Made by a program: the position numbers and the translations under genes
In this document: positions 30,901-44,600 of the stretch, piece by piece
Layout of the letters: every line of letters starts with the position of its first letter
Numbering within the stretch: position 1 is the stretch's first letter
Assembly (NCBI GenBank): GCA_964036045.1
Contig: OZ038379.1
Span: forward strand, 50,468,001-50,532,000
Direction of reading: 5' to 3'
Source of the DNA: Eutreptiella sp. 'Long Island Sound 2002'
Lineage: Eukaryota; Protista; Euglenida
Length of the DNA stretch: 64,000 nucleotides
The notes under the pieces: generated by a model
The model's database searches: none
What the model saw: only the letters and a program-made list of their open reading frames with translations
Told to the model about the DNA's origin: nothing

Positions 30901-33900
30901 GACAAGCTACAGGACCAGTTTCGGACCTAACCTCCCCCCCCCGCCGGTGTCCAAGATGGTGCCCCCGGCCCCCATTGGACCCCGTTGAGGCCCTAACCGC
31001 CTTTGCAAACCTGTCACGGCACGGGGAGACTAACCAGTACTTCAAGTGTGTCTCCTTGCATTTCATTAATTTTTTGGGTGTTTCCGGCATCATTTTAAGA
31101 TTGACTTTGAATTCTCATTCGGCCGGCCAAAATACTGAATGTTGATAATTCACTTAGAAAAGTTAATAATATGGTCCCCATATTTATTCTTGCATCCAAG
31201 ACCCCGTATTTGCAATCAGTTTACGCTATGGTGAATGCCACGTACGGAAGGCCAATATGCTTCTCATGGCGCGACATGGACAATGCCAAAACGTTGTTCC
31301 TTGACGGCCTCCACCACCGCTTGGCCCAAGATCTAGCCTGGACTTCAGGGGTGCATGTCCCTCTGTCCCTTGGCAACCTCCACCGCCTCCTGGCCCAAGA
31401 TCTAGCCTCATCTTCCGAGCTTCTAAGCGGGTTGCAGGAGTGGGAGTACGGGAAGGTGTGTTGGGAGATTTAGGTGACCCCCAAGGTGTATAGGCCCGAG
31501 TAGCGGGACAGAGTGGCACAAGTAGTGTACATTGGGGGGACAAACGAGGAACACTTCCCATGCACCCCGGTGACACAGGCATGTGGTCATAGGCACAACT
31601 CATAGCACATTGTTTTGCCTTGCTGCACTGCAATGCTTACCGCATCAGCACCGAATATCGCCTCGACGTCGCCGCACAAGACAGCTATCGAATATCCCAT
31701 GGGCCATCACCCCCCCCCCCCCTAGGCGCCCGTTAGCCATGAACCATGGACTCAAGGGTATACACCTCGCCTTACAAAATACAATAGCGACGGTTGTGTG
31801 GTGGCGGACCGCGATTTGACCTGTGATCCGTGATGTGTCTGTGTGTTGTGCGTGTCCCGTATGCTATGTTGCCGTCACCGTAGTAGCCCTTTGACGAGGA
31901 ACCCTCTCCCAAAGTCATTTCACCCCTTGGGGACTCAATCCAGCGACCAGTTTGCATTACTTCCCGAAGACCGAGGGCAGGGATCGGACCCATCGCCTCT
32001 GCAGGAGGCTGTCTGGGCCTCCAATCCCGAGAGCACTCTCACACGCGTGTGTGTAGTGTGTTTCACGTATGCTCCTTTCCTTGGTAGAACATGTATTAGA
32101 CGAGAGTGGCATGGAAGAGCCCAAGCCAAGCGCAGACAAAGATTGCTCAACAACCGCGCAGGATAAAGAGGGATGAAATGAACTAAGGCGCAACATAGCC
32201 TCATCAACAGAGCCACCACCCCACGTGTTCATGGATTGCAGAAAACTACGCCAAAACTACATCTTGCTCCGTCAAACGGCATCAGGACGCGCCTGAAGAG
32301 GGGCGCATATACATGGACCATGACACTAAACCCACCCACTACTAGCCTCCGCAGTTCGAACCTACCCCCGGGAGACCCCAAGCTGCGTGCATGCCCACTA
32401 TGGTACTAGTATGATGTTGCTAATTTACCTTGCTCACACCCTCCCAAATGACAAATGGGGAACTATGGGGGGGGGGGGGGGTGAGCGGAACGTTGGTGGG
32501 GATGAGAAGGGTGCCAAGGCACCAAAACCACCAGCCCCCCTTGACCCCATCACCACTAACCCAGCCAACAAGGCAGCTACCAAGGCTGTCAAGCTTGTTG
32601 CCACCAAGTGTGCCTAGGAGTCACCGTGGGGAAGCTTTTCATGCAACGGCGCTATCCCCCCACCCCAAAAAGAAAAAGTGACCCCACCCCCATTAGTCTT
32701 TTCCTCCTCCAGCGACACCAAGGCCACCGCCAACCCCAAGCCCCCGCAAGCCCCTTAGGAACAGAAGATTGAGGAGCGAAATAAGCCCAAAGACCCCATC
32801 ATGAGCATAGTGGCCCACGTCCCCTGGCCAAAGAATTTGGAGAAGGGCGCTGTGGGCGGTGTCTAGGGGAGAAAGGGTAGTGTTGCTTGCGGTGCATACC
32901 TACGCATCACCACCCTTTATGAGTTGGTCCCGAGCTGCCTCATCCCAACCCACCTGGCGGCCAAGGAGCATGGGGGCGTGCCTGCAAAAGGATCCCCCCA
33001 ACTGCCCAATGGACACCAGATTGACTCCAAACCAAGCCCAACCAAAGCCCCCACCAATGACCCAACAAACCATCACATTGTGGGACCCCAAAATGGGACG
33101 CAAAAGGTGCGGGGGAGAGAACAATGGTGTGACCGCGCATGGCAAAAGGACGAGAATGTGCAATTTAATGCCGCACAACAACTATGCATGTTGTTTGGTG
33201 TGCTTTGCATGTTGTTGATTAACATTGATGCTGCCATTCATTGACAAAAAATGAAGTGTCAATCCAAAATGAAAAGTAAAAAAAAATGCCAAGTGCCATT
33301 CAACGAAAAAAGACATTGGTGTTTGCTGAGAACCCACCCTTGAGGGTAAAATAACAACCGAAGGCAAATTAGACCCTAGGGCGGCAGAAACCTTTGTCTA
33401 AGGAGCCAATCAAATAAAAAACAAAGTGTCTTTTTGAAATTCACGCAAAAAGTCTTCAACAACAATTCAATGTAGTAAGATTACTGTAGGTCACTACGGA
33501 CACCCTAGTCCCATTGAAATTTTTTGCTCTACATGCACCCCCCGAGCCATCGAAGAGGGTCCCGGGTGCTATCTCCCAATTTTCCAAACGAACACCCCTC
33601 ATGGAAGCATGTGTGCCGCACACGCACGGCGTGCTACTTTTCCAACGTGTGTACCCGTTAGGGGCAGGCTTCGACACGAGTCCCCAAATGCCCCCTAAAG
33701 AGAGATAACCCTTGGGTACCACACTTGTGCAAACATCCCTCGTGCGCTTAAACATAGCACAACCAAAACAACACCTCAACACATTCATCGATTGGTTTTC
33801 ATCAATCCATGTGCACATGTGTGGGTTCCTTAGCAATATCATCAATAATATAGGTGATGGGCTACTCCGCATGCATACCGTACCTTCAGGAGATTTCCTC

Positions 33901-36900
33901 TACATTTCCGTACGATTGGTGCCATACCCACGGGTTCTTCAGAGCGGTGTACAACACTGACACGAGGCTGGGTCCGACAGCATCGTAGGCCACTGGCTTG
34001 TTTCGCCCCACATGCACCGCTACCTCATGCCGGGGCTGAGCTTCGAAGGCGGGATCTTCAAAGAGCAACAAACGAAATTTCTATAGTGCCTCGCCTTGAA
34101 CAATTTTGCACTCAAAGCATGGACCTTTTGACAGAACAACATAGTCTAGTCGTTGAAGTCAAGAGTATCATAGACTAGGCTCAAAACTCCTAGACAAGGG
34201 GAAACCGGAGCAGTATTTGCAGCTGCTTGGTCACGGCGGACTGCTAAATCTCCACGCCGCACGCCGCGTCACATGCTCCCCCCTACAAGGCCCCATTGGC
34301 AAGGACATGGCCATTTTCCAGGTGGCATGGGGTAACAAAAACATGTGATTCCTTAGCAACCGCCAAAAACGCTCAGGACCCCTGGGCTGTGCTTGGCTGA
34401 TCATATCCTCACAATTGGAGAACGTATAAAATCATGTGATCCAAAGGACCCTCTTGTTGCGGTTCATTGGCCCTCAAAAGCGCGATGTTGGGCTTGGACA
34501 TAGTGGGCAAAATTTGGATGGCCTATGGGAGTTGTTATGCATCCATTGGATCCACACACACTCGTCCCGTCATACTTGGTTCTTATATCTTGGGGTGCAC
34601 TACGCGCATAGATACAACTGTAAACCCCCAAACCCAGGGTGCGGTAAAAATGCACACTTTTTGAAAACATGCGTGTGAGAGGGCTCTAACCCCCTCAATC
34701 ACCAATGGGGACCCAACGGAAAATTTACAGCGCCGTAAATTTTCATGAATGTCTGTCAAAATTTTCTTTTTCTCTAGACCAAAATTTATTTGAAAAATAC
34801 AATTCTTACAACGTGTTGTACCAATATGTCACACCCTGAGCCTTGTTCAGCTGTGGTACGATAGTTCATTGGGAGCCCCGGAGGAATATGGAGGAAGAAA
34901 GGAAAATGAGAAGGATAGGTGCAAGATCTAATTTGCGAACTAGAGGCAAGGCTTGTGTCTTTGCACAACTACAAGGAAAGAACTATTTGTGTCTGCAAGT
35001 CAAGTAGCGTTTCAAAATATCATGTCTTTGAAATTTTGTAATGTAGAGATTGTGCTTCCACTGAAGTCTCTTTGCCAAAATGCTTACGGCGCCAGCGCCG
35101 TAAAAAATGACGGATGTCAAGAGCATCAGATTGTGGTGGAAATGTTGTGACTCACTACAAGGGTGGGGCAGGGATGTTCAGACAAGGGGGAACTTGCATA
35201 GTCCACTGATACCAACCCCGACAAGGGGGTATGCCGTGATTTCCAAAACATGCAACCTAGTGCGGTTTTGATTTATCAAGTGTTGCGAGCTAGCTTTTGG
35301 ATTGCACCCGGGTCCTCCGTGGTTGGCGAGGGATTTTGCAGCGGCCAATACTCTTTATCTTGGGTCGCACAAAGAGCGACAACTCTACTTGCCCAACCCT
35401 AGGTTGACGGTATTGGGTGGGATGCTTTCTATGGCGCTGCTTGGCCCTAAGGCAGCATCGTTGCCAAGTTATATTGGCAGTAAGGTGGGTCTTTGACCCA
35501 GCATTATTGCAATGCTGATGCTCTAGGCTAGGCTTAAGCCTGACCTAGGGACATGAAATTTTCGTTCTGTGGCTTTGTGCCTGCATCCAAAGCGGAGCTC
35601 CGCTTCGGATTTGGTGGTTGTAGTGGGCACAACCTTCCTGGTGGCAGGTGTAAGTCAGTGTGCCACCAGAAGCAGTGATCAGTGACATGTTCTAGGGCAA
35701 CTTTAATTCTATTTGATTGGTGTTGTTTAGTGCTACGACATTTCTACAATCCTGACGTTTAGGGTTTGTTGCTTTTTGGGCATGTTTGTTGTATCTGGAT
35801 TGTACACAATGCACATGATGTATATGTCTAACTCTAATGTTCATTTTACGGCGCCGGCGCCGTAAACAGGTTTTTGCCCTAAGGAAAGCCCTGTCTCGTT
35901 GCTTGAGCAGCAGGATTCAGGATGATACATTGTGGTGAGCAGGGACATGTTCTAGTTTTTTCATTGATGGCTCTTTTCGGAGGGTCAATGGCAATGTGTT
36001 TTCCCCTGCCAACAACAATGGTCACTTTGCATCCATTTTCTTATGCAATGCACATTGTGAATATTTTTTTGCAACATTTCCATCTTGATTTCATTTTACG
36101 GTGTTGACGCCGGAAACAGCCCGTTTGGGTTTGTTTCCAATATCATTACCTTCAAGCAAGCACAACATGAGGTTGTAGCATAACATATTACTTAGGTATG
36201 TCTTTTCATAGCGAGTCAAATTTCCCGTACAACTCCCTCCGGGTATCTTGTGGTGGTTTTTCGAAGAAAAACATGCATGATCCGTTGCCCGCTCAACTTA
36301 TTGCCTATCCTGTATCCATATGTTGCAAATTTTTGGTGTGCTCTACAAATTTCTTGTTTGATCTGTGCGCCGGTGCACAACAAATGAACGCATCGTTGAA
36401 AGTTGGAGTGGCAAAAATCTTGAGATGTTGAGAAAATGTTGAGAGATGTTGCAAAGACTGTGATGCTTTGCAGCTGTGCTTTGCTTGTGGTGTCTGTGTT
36501 GTTCAACATCATCTGACAGGTCACAGGGGATTTGCGGGGAGGAGGGGGATAGAGGGATATACTGTGTGCCACGAGGGTAGCAGCGAGGGGGAATTGCCAA
36601 TTAATTGCTGGTGCAAATCCTTGTAAAATCATTCTTTTGTCCAGTGAACGCATCCCCCAATGAGTTTTTGGTCAAGAGTCCCCACCACCACTTGAAACCC
36701 TTTTTTTGAAGGGGGGTTGGAGGAGATGCAAGGGGAGTAAAAAAATATCAAAAAATGCCCCCCCCCCTTTTGGGTTCGACAATCACGAATCTTTCGGTTT
36801 TTTTACTTTAAGCCGAAAAAATGTTTTTGGGATGCGACCGCAAAGCGTTGGTGTGGCCGGAGTTGGACGAGCGCAGTTCAAGGAGATTTCAGACTTTTTT

Positions 36901-37079
36901 GCTTTGTCGCCCCGCTTTTGGAAAATCTTAGTGACTCCATGGTACCAACTATGACGGGTTGAACTTGGGATGTTGTGACGGCACACACACATTAGGAGAC
37001 AAAAAGATGCTCTTTGCAGCCTCTAGACTTGGCGAGGGCTGGTCATGACCCATGTGAAAGATGTGAAATATAGTTTCAA

Positions 37080-37920
37080 CAAAAAATAGCTCACATGTGT
37101 TGGATGAAAATTGCACCTTTTCCAGTGACCCTCAACGGTCCTCAAGGACCCTTGGGTTTTCGTTGGGTGATCATTTGGTGACAATGGGAGTACACACAAA
37201 CCCATTAGGAGCCATGTAGCACGAACTAGGCCATCTTAGTGGGGCCCATTGGCCCTCAAAGATGCCGTTTTGGGCTTGGTTGCACGGCAATGGTAAAAAA
37301 ATAGTGGGTATGTAGCCGCCGTTGTGTGTTGGTGGGGACCCTTGTCCCATTGCACGCTTTTTTTCCTTTCTTTGCTATCTCAAAGATTCCCAAATCTTTC
37401 CCCCAATAGGGCCCCACTGTTAAAGACTTAGCAGTTTGTAGTGCAGCACGGGTTGGCTAAAAAATGGCCATTCCTGGGCGACCCTTGACAACCCGAGGGG
37501 ACCCTGGGGTTGTTGTTGGGTGATCATTCGGTGACAATGGGAGTGCAGAAAAACCATGGGGAGCCATGTAGCACCACCAAATAGGCGCTCTTAGTGGGGT
37601 TTATTGGCAGGGGAAAGTGCCTTGTACGCACTGGAGTGGGCAAAAATTGGTTAGCCTTGAGCTGCCACAGTGCGTCAAATCAAGCCCTACTCCCATGCCA
37701 CTTTTTGGTTCCACATGGACCCCCTAACCAATGATGGGGATCCCGGCTGCTATCTGTGAGTTTCCCAGACTGGCAAGGACTTAGCCATTGACAGCTCGGC
37801 ACCGGTTGGCTCAAAAAGGTCTATTCCTAGGCAACCCCAGATCACCCTCACGGACCCTTGGGCTGTCACTGGGTGATCATTGGGTGACAATGGGAGCACT
37901 TATGCCATGGGGAGCCATGA
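37080..37920 (-). repeat. 353-bp tandem repeat (~2.5 units), monomeric relative of the 746-bp satellite in reverse orientation
   Basis: GGGTGATCATT(T/C/G)GGTGACAATGGGAG occurs at 37165, 37518 and 37871. Its reverse complement aligns to ...CACATTGTCAACGAATGATCACCTAACAAC at ~260-290. A further fragment lies at ~34370-34570. Confidence 0.8.
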
Positions 37921-39287
37921 TGCTGATGGATCCGATGGATGCTTGCAAAATCGGCGACTTGGAGGTCCTTTGATTGGGGCACATTCTTTGCGGGGCAGGC
38001 TTGCCAAAGGCAAAATAATTTTTGTCTGCGAAATCCATGATCTTACAATGGGCTCGAGTTTCTATCCCATATATTGGGGTATGCCACGCAGACACCCCCC
38101 CCCCAGGGGAGGTATGTGGCTTTCAAGCCTCTGTTTGATCTAAACAACCCATTTCAAGGTGATTATAGAATTGAAGTGGCGGCGAAGTGGAAACTCCAAA
38201 GTGGAGAGGTGATGTGTCTACATAACATTTGCCGTATCTGGGGCTCCAAGGCGGAGAGGAGTGAAATAGCTACATAAACCTCATTGTTTCGCGGTTTCTG
38301 AAAATGGACAAGAATCAAATTGTTACATAAGCCCTGTTTGCGGCAGTCCAAAGGGCAGACGCCTCAGGTGGCTCTGTATCCCTGCAATATAAGGGCCAGA
38401 TTCCAAAAAGAGTGAGGATTGTGGGGACCTTTCCCCTGTCCTATCGGGGGCCCACCGCCAAAAGGATTGTGGCTACATATCCCTTGCCGTGTCAGAGCCA
38501 GAACCCAGTGTTTGGCCATAAAGGTTGTGCAGTGCAAAAATTTCGTAATTGATGTGCTTTGATTTGAATTTACCACCTGAAGGAAATAAAGAGTAAGCCA
38601 ACTGGAAAACAAGAGACCCGGGTCACACCACACACCCGTTCCATCTGTTGGCTCCAGGTGATGATGGCGTGCATGTTGCTCTTGCTCTCAACTTTGCTGT
38701 CTTGTTTCTGGTAACCAGTGCACACACACTGGTTCTTCAGCGGACGGTCTGCTGTGTTGAACTACTAGTGCTGGGTCTTTGCACTGTATTTCAGGCTTTC
38801 CTTGACACCTGAAGCCAGACCTACCAATCAGCGTCTGGTGGGCCAATAGCAGTCCCACCTACTCACACCATGAAAGATTTTCTTTTTTGGCAGGAGGACG
38901 ATGAAGTTGACTAGACGGGCCAGGAATTGGATATCATCGTTTCATTTTGGGGCACTGGCTTGCTCATGGTCCTCTCTACTTCATCCTGTTTGCCAGGGAA
39001 CTACTTACTTTTCTATCAGCGTGGCTTCAAGTTTCACACACAGGCCATGGATACTAGGACACAGGCCATGGACATTAAGCCCCCAAGAAACGGCCAAAAA
39101 CCCCCCACGCATCACAGGTGGCCCAAATTCGGCCCTCATGTTGGCCCAAACAGTGAAGATTTGCTGGGCCTGGAGTCTCTTGCGCAATCAGGGCATCTCA
39201 GCGCAGATACACTGCCGGCAAACATTCTGTTCCAGCAAAGCCCACCGGCAGAATCCTGTGTTGGTCGGAAGATGCAGCAGCACACAC

Positions 39288-39493
39288 CCATTTCCTGCAT
39301 CTTCTTGATGTCCTTCTCTTTGCCTTTGGAGAGGCTGCTAAAACTTTTGCTGGACTGTGCGAACACCTGGATGCTTCTGTTTATTTCTGGTGTCACCTCC
39401 GAGATGTGCCGGTGGCGGTGCTCGCACCACAGCGGGTCCCCCTCATCCAGAATCACGTCCTTCACAACCTCTTTGCCTGAACTGTTATGGAAC
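39288..39493 (-). pseudogene. Isolated exon resembling the Sec1/Munc18 (SM) family
   Basis: FHNSSGKEVVKDVILDEGDPLWCEHRHRHISEVTPEINRSIQVF matches the SM-family consensus [27 protein letters not shown]. It is bounded by CTTCTTCCTTTCGCCAG| and |GTGTGT. No convincing neighbouring exons were found. Confidence 0.65.
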
Positions 39494-41395
39494 CTGGCGA
39501 AAGGAAGAAGCACATTCAAACACCACCGCCTTCCTTGGTTTCAGATTACGGTAGATTCTCTGGGGGGCATAGATGCCGGGTTTTGGGGCAGGGGATTGCA
39601 GCATTTTTACGGCTCGCCAAACTGATTACAATAGTGTGCATGTGCATTTGGGGGGGAAAACCATAATATAGAGGAAGGCCTGCATGGGTCTGTGGGTTAG
39701 GAGACATGATGGAGGGCTCCAACGCCTTCACTGCCACATCAAGCGGCTGGACTGGTGCCCCCCTGCAGCCACCGCCTCGCCTAGGCCAGGGCCTCTTTGA
39801 GAAAGATGAGAGCATTCTGTTCCCGCGCAGCCGTGCTGCTCCACCAGGTGCCCCTCGAGGCACTTGTGCTTGCTTTGCATCTCCCGGGGAGGGTGCTCCA
39901 TCCTGCACTTGGCTCCTCCCGCCGCTGACGTGGAGTCCTTGGCCTCGCTCCCCCAGGATGCAAATCTGGAACATGGTGTTCGACTTGGCAGATCAAAACT
40001 GTGGGCATTTTCCCTAGATAAGATCTGGGAGTACATGCTGCGACCCATTTGTGGCGTGCTGTGTCCATTGATCCCTGCTCCCATGGGTGGAACAGTATGT
40101 TGTGCGCGACATGCACGTTGTCCCCACAGATCGAAATCGCTGTAGGACGCAAACGACACACAGCTCGTGTTCCTAGGGTGCCCCGTACTATTGAGATCGC
40201 TGTAGGACACATTTGACAAGCAGATCGTGTCTCTAGGCCCCAGGGACATTCGTAGAGGCAGCACTGTACACGCTTGCAGCATGTCCAATGTGTTGTACGT
40301 GTGCTATAGAACAAGAACCTCCGTCCCACTGTCCCACTGCTGCCCATCCGCCCGACGGAGGCACCCTAGCTCCGACGCCTACCTAGCGGCATTGCAGTGG
40401 CTGGACTTGCTGCCCTTGGGTGAGCAACGGCCAAGGGTGGCAAATATCATTCATGGAACTCGCCCTAGACTTCGAGGCCTTTGCGGGCCACCCGCTACCA
40501 CCGGCCCCATAAGCCCAGTCTGTGGGAGGAGACCTGTCACTTCAGGGGGCATTATCATAGGGGGGGGGGGGGGTAGAAATCCATGGCGTAGTGCCGTGCC
40601 ATTCGCTTGGCCCCGCTCTTTGCCGGGCAACATTGCTTTGGTGAGCCTCCACTCGGTGGTTGCCCCTGTTGCTCTAGCTTCCGCTACATCTTCCACGTGG
40701 TCCTTCTAGCCTTTTGCTTTTGCGCCCATCGTATCTCGCCATATGCTTGGGGTCTCATGAGTTGTTGCAAACTGCCAACAGGCTCGAGAGTAGAGGTCGT
40801 CCCTCAACCTTCATGACCGTGACCCATGGCCATCAGCGATCAGCAGTGAAGCGTCATTTTTTCCCGGTAAGAGTCACTCTTGTCCTGTTGCTCAACGTAG
40901 CCGGGGCGATGAGCCGCAACACCCAGCCCTTTTCCTCCCCACCTATACCGCCCACCCCCTTGGCAAAAATTGCCTCAATTTAACTTGAGCCGCAATTCGC
41001 ACGAAGCCCCCAAAAGAAAATTTTTTATCTAGAATGCTACAACCCCCGGGCACGGGGGCCGCCGCCAGCCAATGTGTGACCCCGAGGGGTGTTCGACAGT
41101 TTGGGGGGCTGTAGGGGGGGGGGGGGGGACCCCCACCCCCCTCCGAAGGGGGGGGGGGGGACCCCTCCCCCCCCCTTGGTTGACCCAAACCCAGCACCTT
41201 TTCCGGCAGGCCCCGTCCAAGCGCGCAAACACACAAAGCTAACAAGATGCACTGTGAATGGTCATTGTTTTGCTGCACTGCAGCACTTTCAGAGTAGTAT
41301 TGAATGTTGCCTTGAGTTCGCCCAAAGGCCTTTCCTTCCCCTTGTCACAAACCACAGACATATATGTAGAGAAGCGAAGGGAGCCACAGACATAT

Positions 41396-41416
41396 AGAGA
41401 GAGAGAGAGAGAGAGA
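41396..41416. repeat. (GA)n microsatellite
   Basis: Direct reading. Confidence 0.9.
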
Positions 41417-41648
41417 AGCGAAGGGAGGGGAGGGGCCTCAAGCTTCGGAATCATCCTCCCACTCGTCGCGTGCCCTCTTGCCGGTACTCTTGGGGCGAGC
41501 ACGCTTCTTTGGCCGGGCTGCTTGTGCTCTTGTGACCCGGCAGGCTGCCGGCCCATCAGACATGGATTCCGATGGCACATAGTCACTAGTGCCTGACGGG
41601 GCACTACTGCTGGAGGATGCACTCGTACCGGAGGAGGCATTGGTGGAC

Positions 41649-41683
41649 GAGCTGCTGCTACTACTACTGCTACTGCTACTACT
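41649..41683. repeat. (CTG/CTA)n trinucleotide microsatellite
   Basis: Direct reading. Confidence 0.85.
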
Positions 41684-44600
41684 ACCTTGGTTTGGCCCAG
41701 AGAGAAGAGCAGGGAGAACAGTGGGCAGAGCCGGCGGCGCAGCAGGCTTCGCCTTCGGTGGCAATGGGGCCCGGAAATTGTCAAAGGCTTGCAACACCTT
41801 TGTTTTCTCCTCTTCGCTACACCCGGCATAGTCATGGGACACACCAGGGTGAGGCCTCCACTCTACCTCCTCACCATTGCAAGAGACGTATCTAATGCAA
41901 CTCCTTTTGTGACACGGGGTATGAACAAACGAACAGATTAACGAACAAATCCCATAAGCTAGTTTGGCCGCAGCAGCATGGTGTTTAGGTGGGCAACAAA
42001 CGGCATTTATATAGCGCCCCGTCTTGCCCTATCCGGCGCTGGTCCCTGGTTAGGGGTCCAGGTGCCCCGTGTGGGTTTGCTGAAATGGATTGAGTCAAGA
42101 AGCGTCGGAGTCCTACCTCAACCCTACATTCCCGGGGTCCCCAGCAAAGGGGACAAAATGCACAGGCAAGGTGGCTACATAACCTTTTTTGTGCTTTTCA
42201 GCCATTTTTGAATTCTCCACAAAATTCTGAGTATTTTGAGTATAGACACATAGGGTGGAACAAGAAAAATTCCCCCCGCCGTATGCCTAAAACAAAATCT
42301 CCGGCGCCTCCGGCGCCGACAAAGCACCTTGTTCCGTGCGACAATTTTGGGGTCCGTAGAGGGGGGGGGGGGTCCCCCCCCCCCCTTTGGGGTCGGGTCC
42401 TGACCAGGAGCGGCCCCCGTGCCCCCGGGGGGGTTATATTTGGGGGGGGGGGGGGTTTGCGCAACCAGCGGTGCCCTTCGGAAGCAGAAGGGGCCTGCAA
42501 TTTGAAGTGGCCGGGGATAGTAGAGAGGAGGAAGCACGGCCGACATTGGGTGTGGTGCGAAAGATCTTTGCACCTCTGTAGCACAGGGCACGACTAGGAA
42601 ACGTGAGGCCAAATAAACAGCGACTGCGGAAGTCATGGATTTGTGAAAAGCATGCGCACCCCCCATGCACAGTATGCGATCAAACACACTGGCATACGGT
42701 ACTGCTACCCCCGGAGACATAAAGGGCACCCCCCTAAGAGCTGAATGTTGAGGGACGGCATGTTGTTAAGCTGTATATACCATGAAGGGGGCGCTTAGCA
42801 GTTGGACTATGTTAGCTGTACAACATGCAGAACGCGTGGGACACTGGAAACGTCGCTGGAGCCATGTCGGGAGACAACGTCCGGAACGGTGTTAACGCGC
42901 ACGACGACTCCACTGGATGCCGGAGACAAGGGCAGAGCCAACATGAGTGATGCGCAGAGCATCAAGAACGCGCGGACACCACATTTTCCCCAGCAACGTG
43001 TTGAATGTGACAGTCTAGGTGCCTCAGTAGCAACCATCGTTGAAAACAGTGGGCCCACAAGGGCCATAGGATATCAGGCTACAAAGGCCATTAATTATGT
43101 CATCACCACTGTGGCGTCTGCTGTGTGCATGCATGCATGTGTGCACGCATGTGACGGTGATGGTGCGGTGTGGGTGTATGAAAACAATGGCTGGGACGAC
43201 TGCCAACCACGTGCCGGATGTAGGTCCGGCCACCCCTCTCCTTCCCCTTCGAAGCACTATGTGTACATGTCCATGTCGCTAGCGCTGCCCTTCTCCGGAT
43301 CCCAGGCTCTTTCAACTTCATGACCAGGTTCAGCAGTTGTGCAGAGCGCGGGGGACATATAGAACAAGTTTACGGTCACCAGGGACATACGGAGAGGCGG
43401 CACGCGGAACGTGCAGAACACTTTGCACACATGACTACGGCGCCAGGGACACAATGGGAAACATCGCACGGAACGCGAAAAAGGTGCAGTGCACGTTCTG
43501 CATGCACCTATGACCTCGATTGCTAGTAGGGTCCGACACTTCATCTTTCTTCGGTTCTTTCGCAGCTACGAAAGCCTCCACCTCCTTATCGAAACACCGT
43601 CGCCCTATGGCGGGGGTGAGTCGCGTGGGGGTGGTGGGGGTGCCTACTCGTGCGGTGGCGGCGCGTGGGCTCAGTGCGGCGGTGGCGTTGGGTCCTGGTC
43701 CCACTCGGGGGAGTACTTAGCCCAGTTCTTGATATCCGGCTCCGGCTTCATTGGGGTAATCCCACGGACCTCCTTCGGGCTCCCACTGCGGCTGCGCGTA
43801 CACCGAATATCCCCCGTGCAGCGGGTATTGCTGCAGCAAGGGCGGGTATTGCGGAGGAAGTTGCGGCACTGGCGGCAGCTGCGGGGACATCATGGAGACA
43901 ACATGCGCAACGTCCAGAGGACGCGAACAAATGCTGCCGGCGCCAGGGGAAGTGGGAGGTGAAGAATACTTTTGGCAGCGCCCTCCGCCCAAGCGGTAGG
44001 GTGCAGCGGCTGGAAATGCTTCATTGCCTTGGTGACCGAACTGCAGATCTTCGTTCCACGAGACAGGAAGGGCTTGGATCCTATGGGGCTCGGCACTGCT
44101 CAGTATCATGGCGGCAGGGCCAAGGTCTTGACGGACTGTAGGACACAAAATACGCGCTGAATGACATGAAGGTCTCCGGGGACACACACAGGGACACCGT
44201 GAGGAACGAATTTTGTGCGCAAAACACTGCCGAATGACCCCGGCGACACAGCGAGAGCCACCATGCAGAACGCGCAGAACACAACGCACACGTATACCTT
44301 CAGCCGCAGTTGCTAACTTCAACTGCCCGCAGCAATTCTTGTAGTGGTGGACGGAAGTACCCAGCAAGTAGCCATACTCGTTCTACTTCTTGTCTTCCTT
44401 TACCAACTTCTCCTTCCTCTTGTCTTCTTTCTCTCCCTTCTGCTTCTTCTTCTCCCTTTTCTCCTTCTTTTGCTTTCTTCCCCCTACACGACGCAAAAAA
44501 CGCGAAAACGGGATAAATGGCGCCAAGGACAGTATCGGGGACAACACGCGCGACGCGTAGAACGCGGTGGATGGCTGGTATGGGCTCCAGGGACAAGAAC

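Noticed and set aside
29500-34300. Short ORFs and G/C homopolymer hairpins in the 29.5-34 kb and 40-42.5 kb regions
   Set aside because: These are fragmentary degenerate repeats with no recognisable motif, termini or consistent frame.
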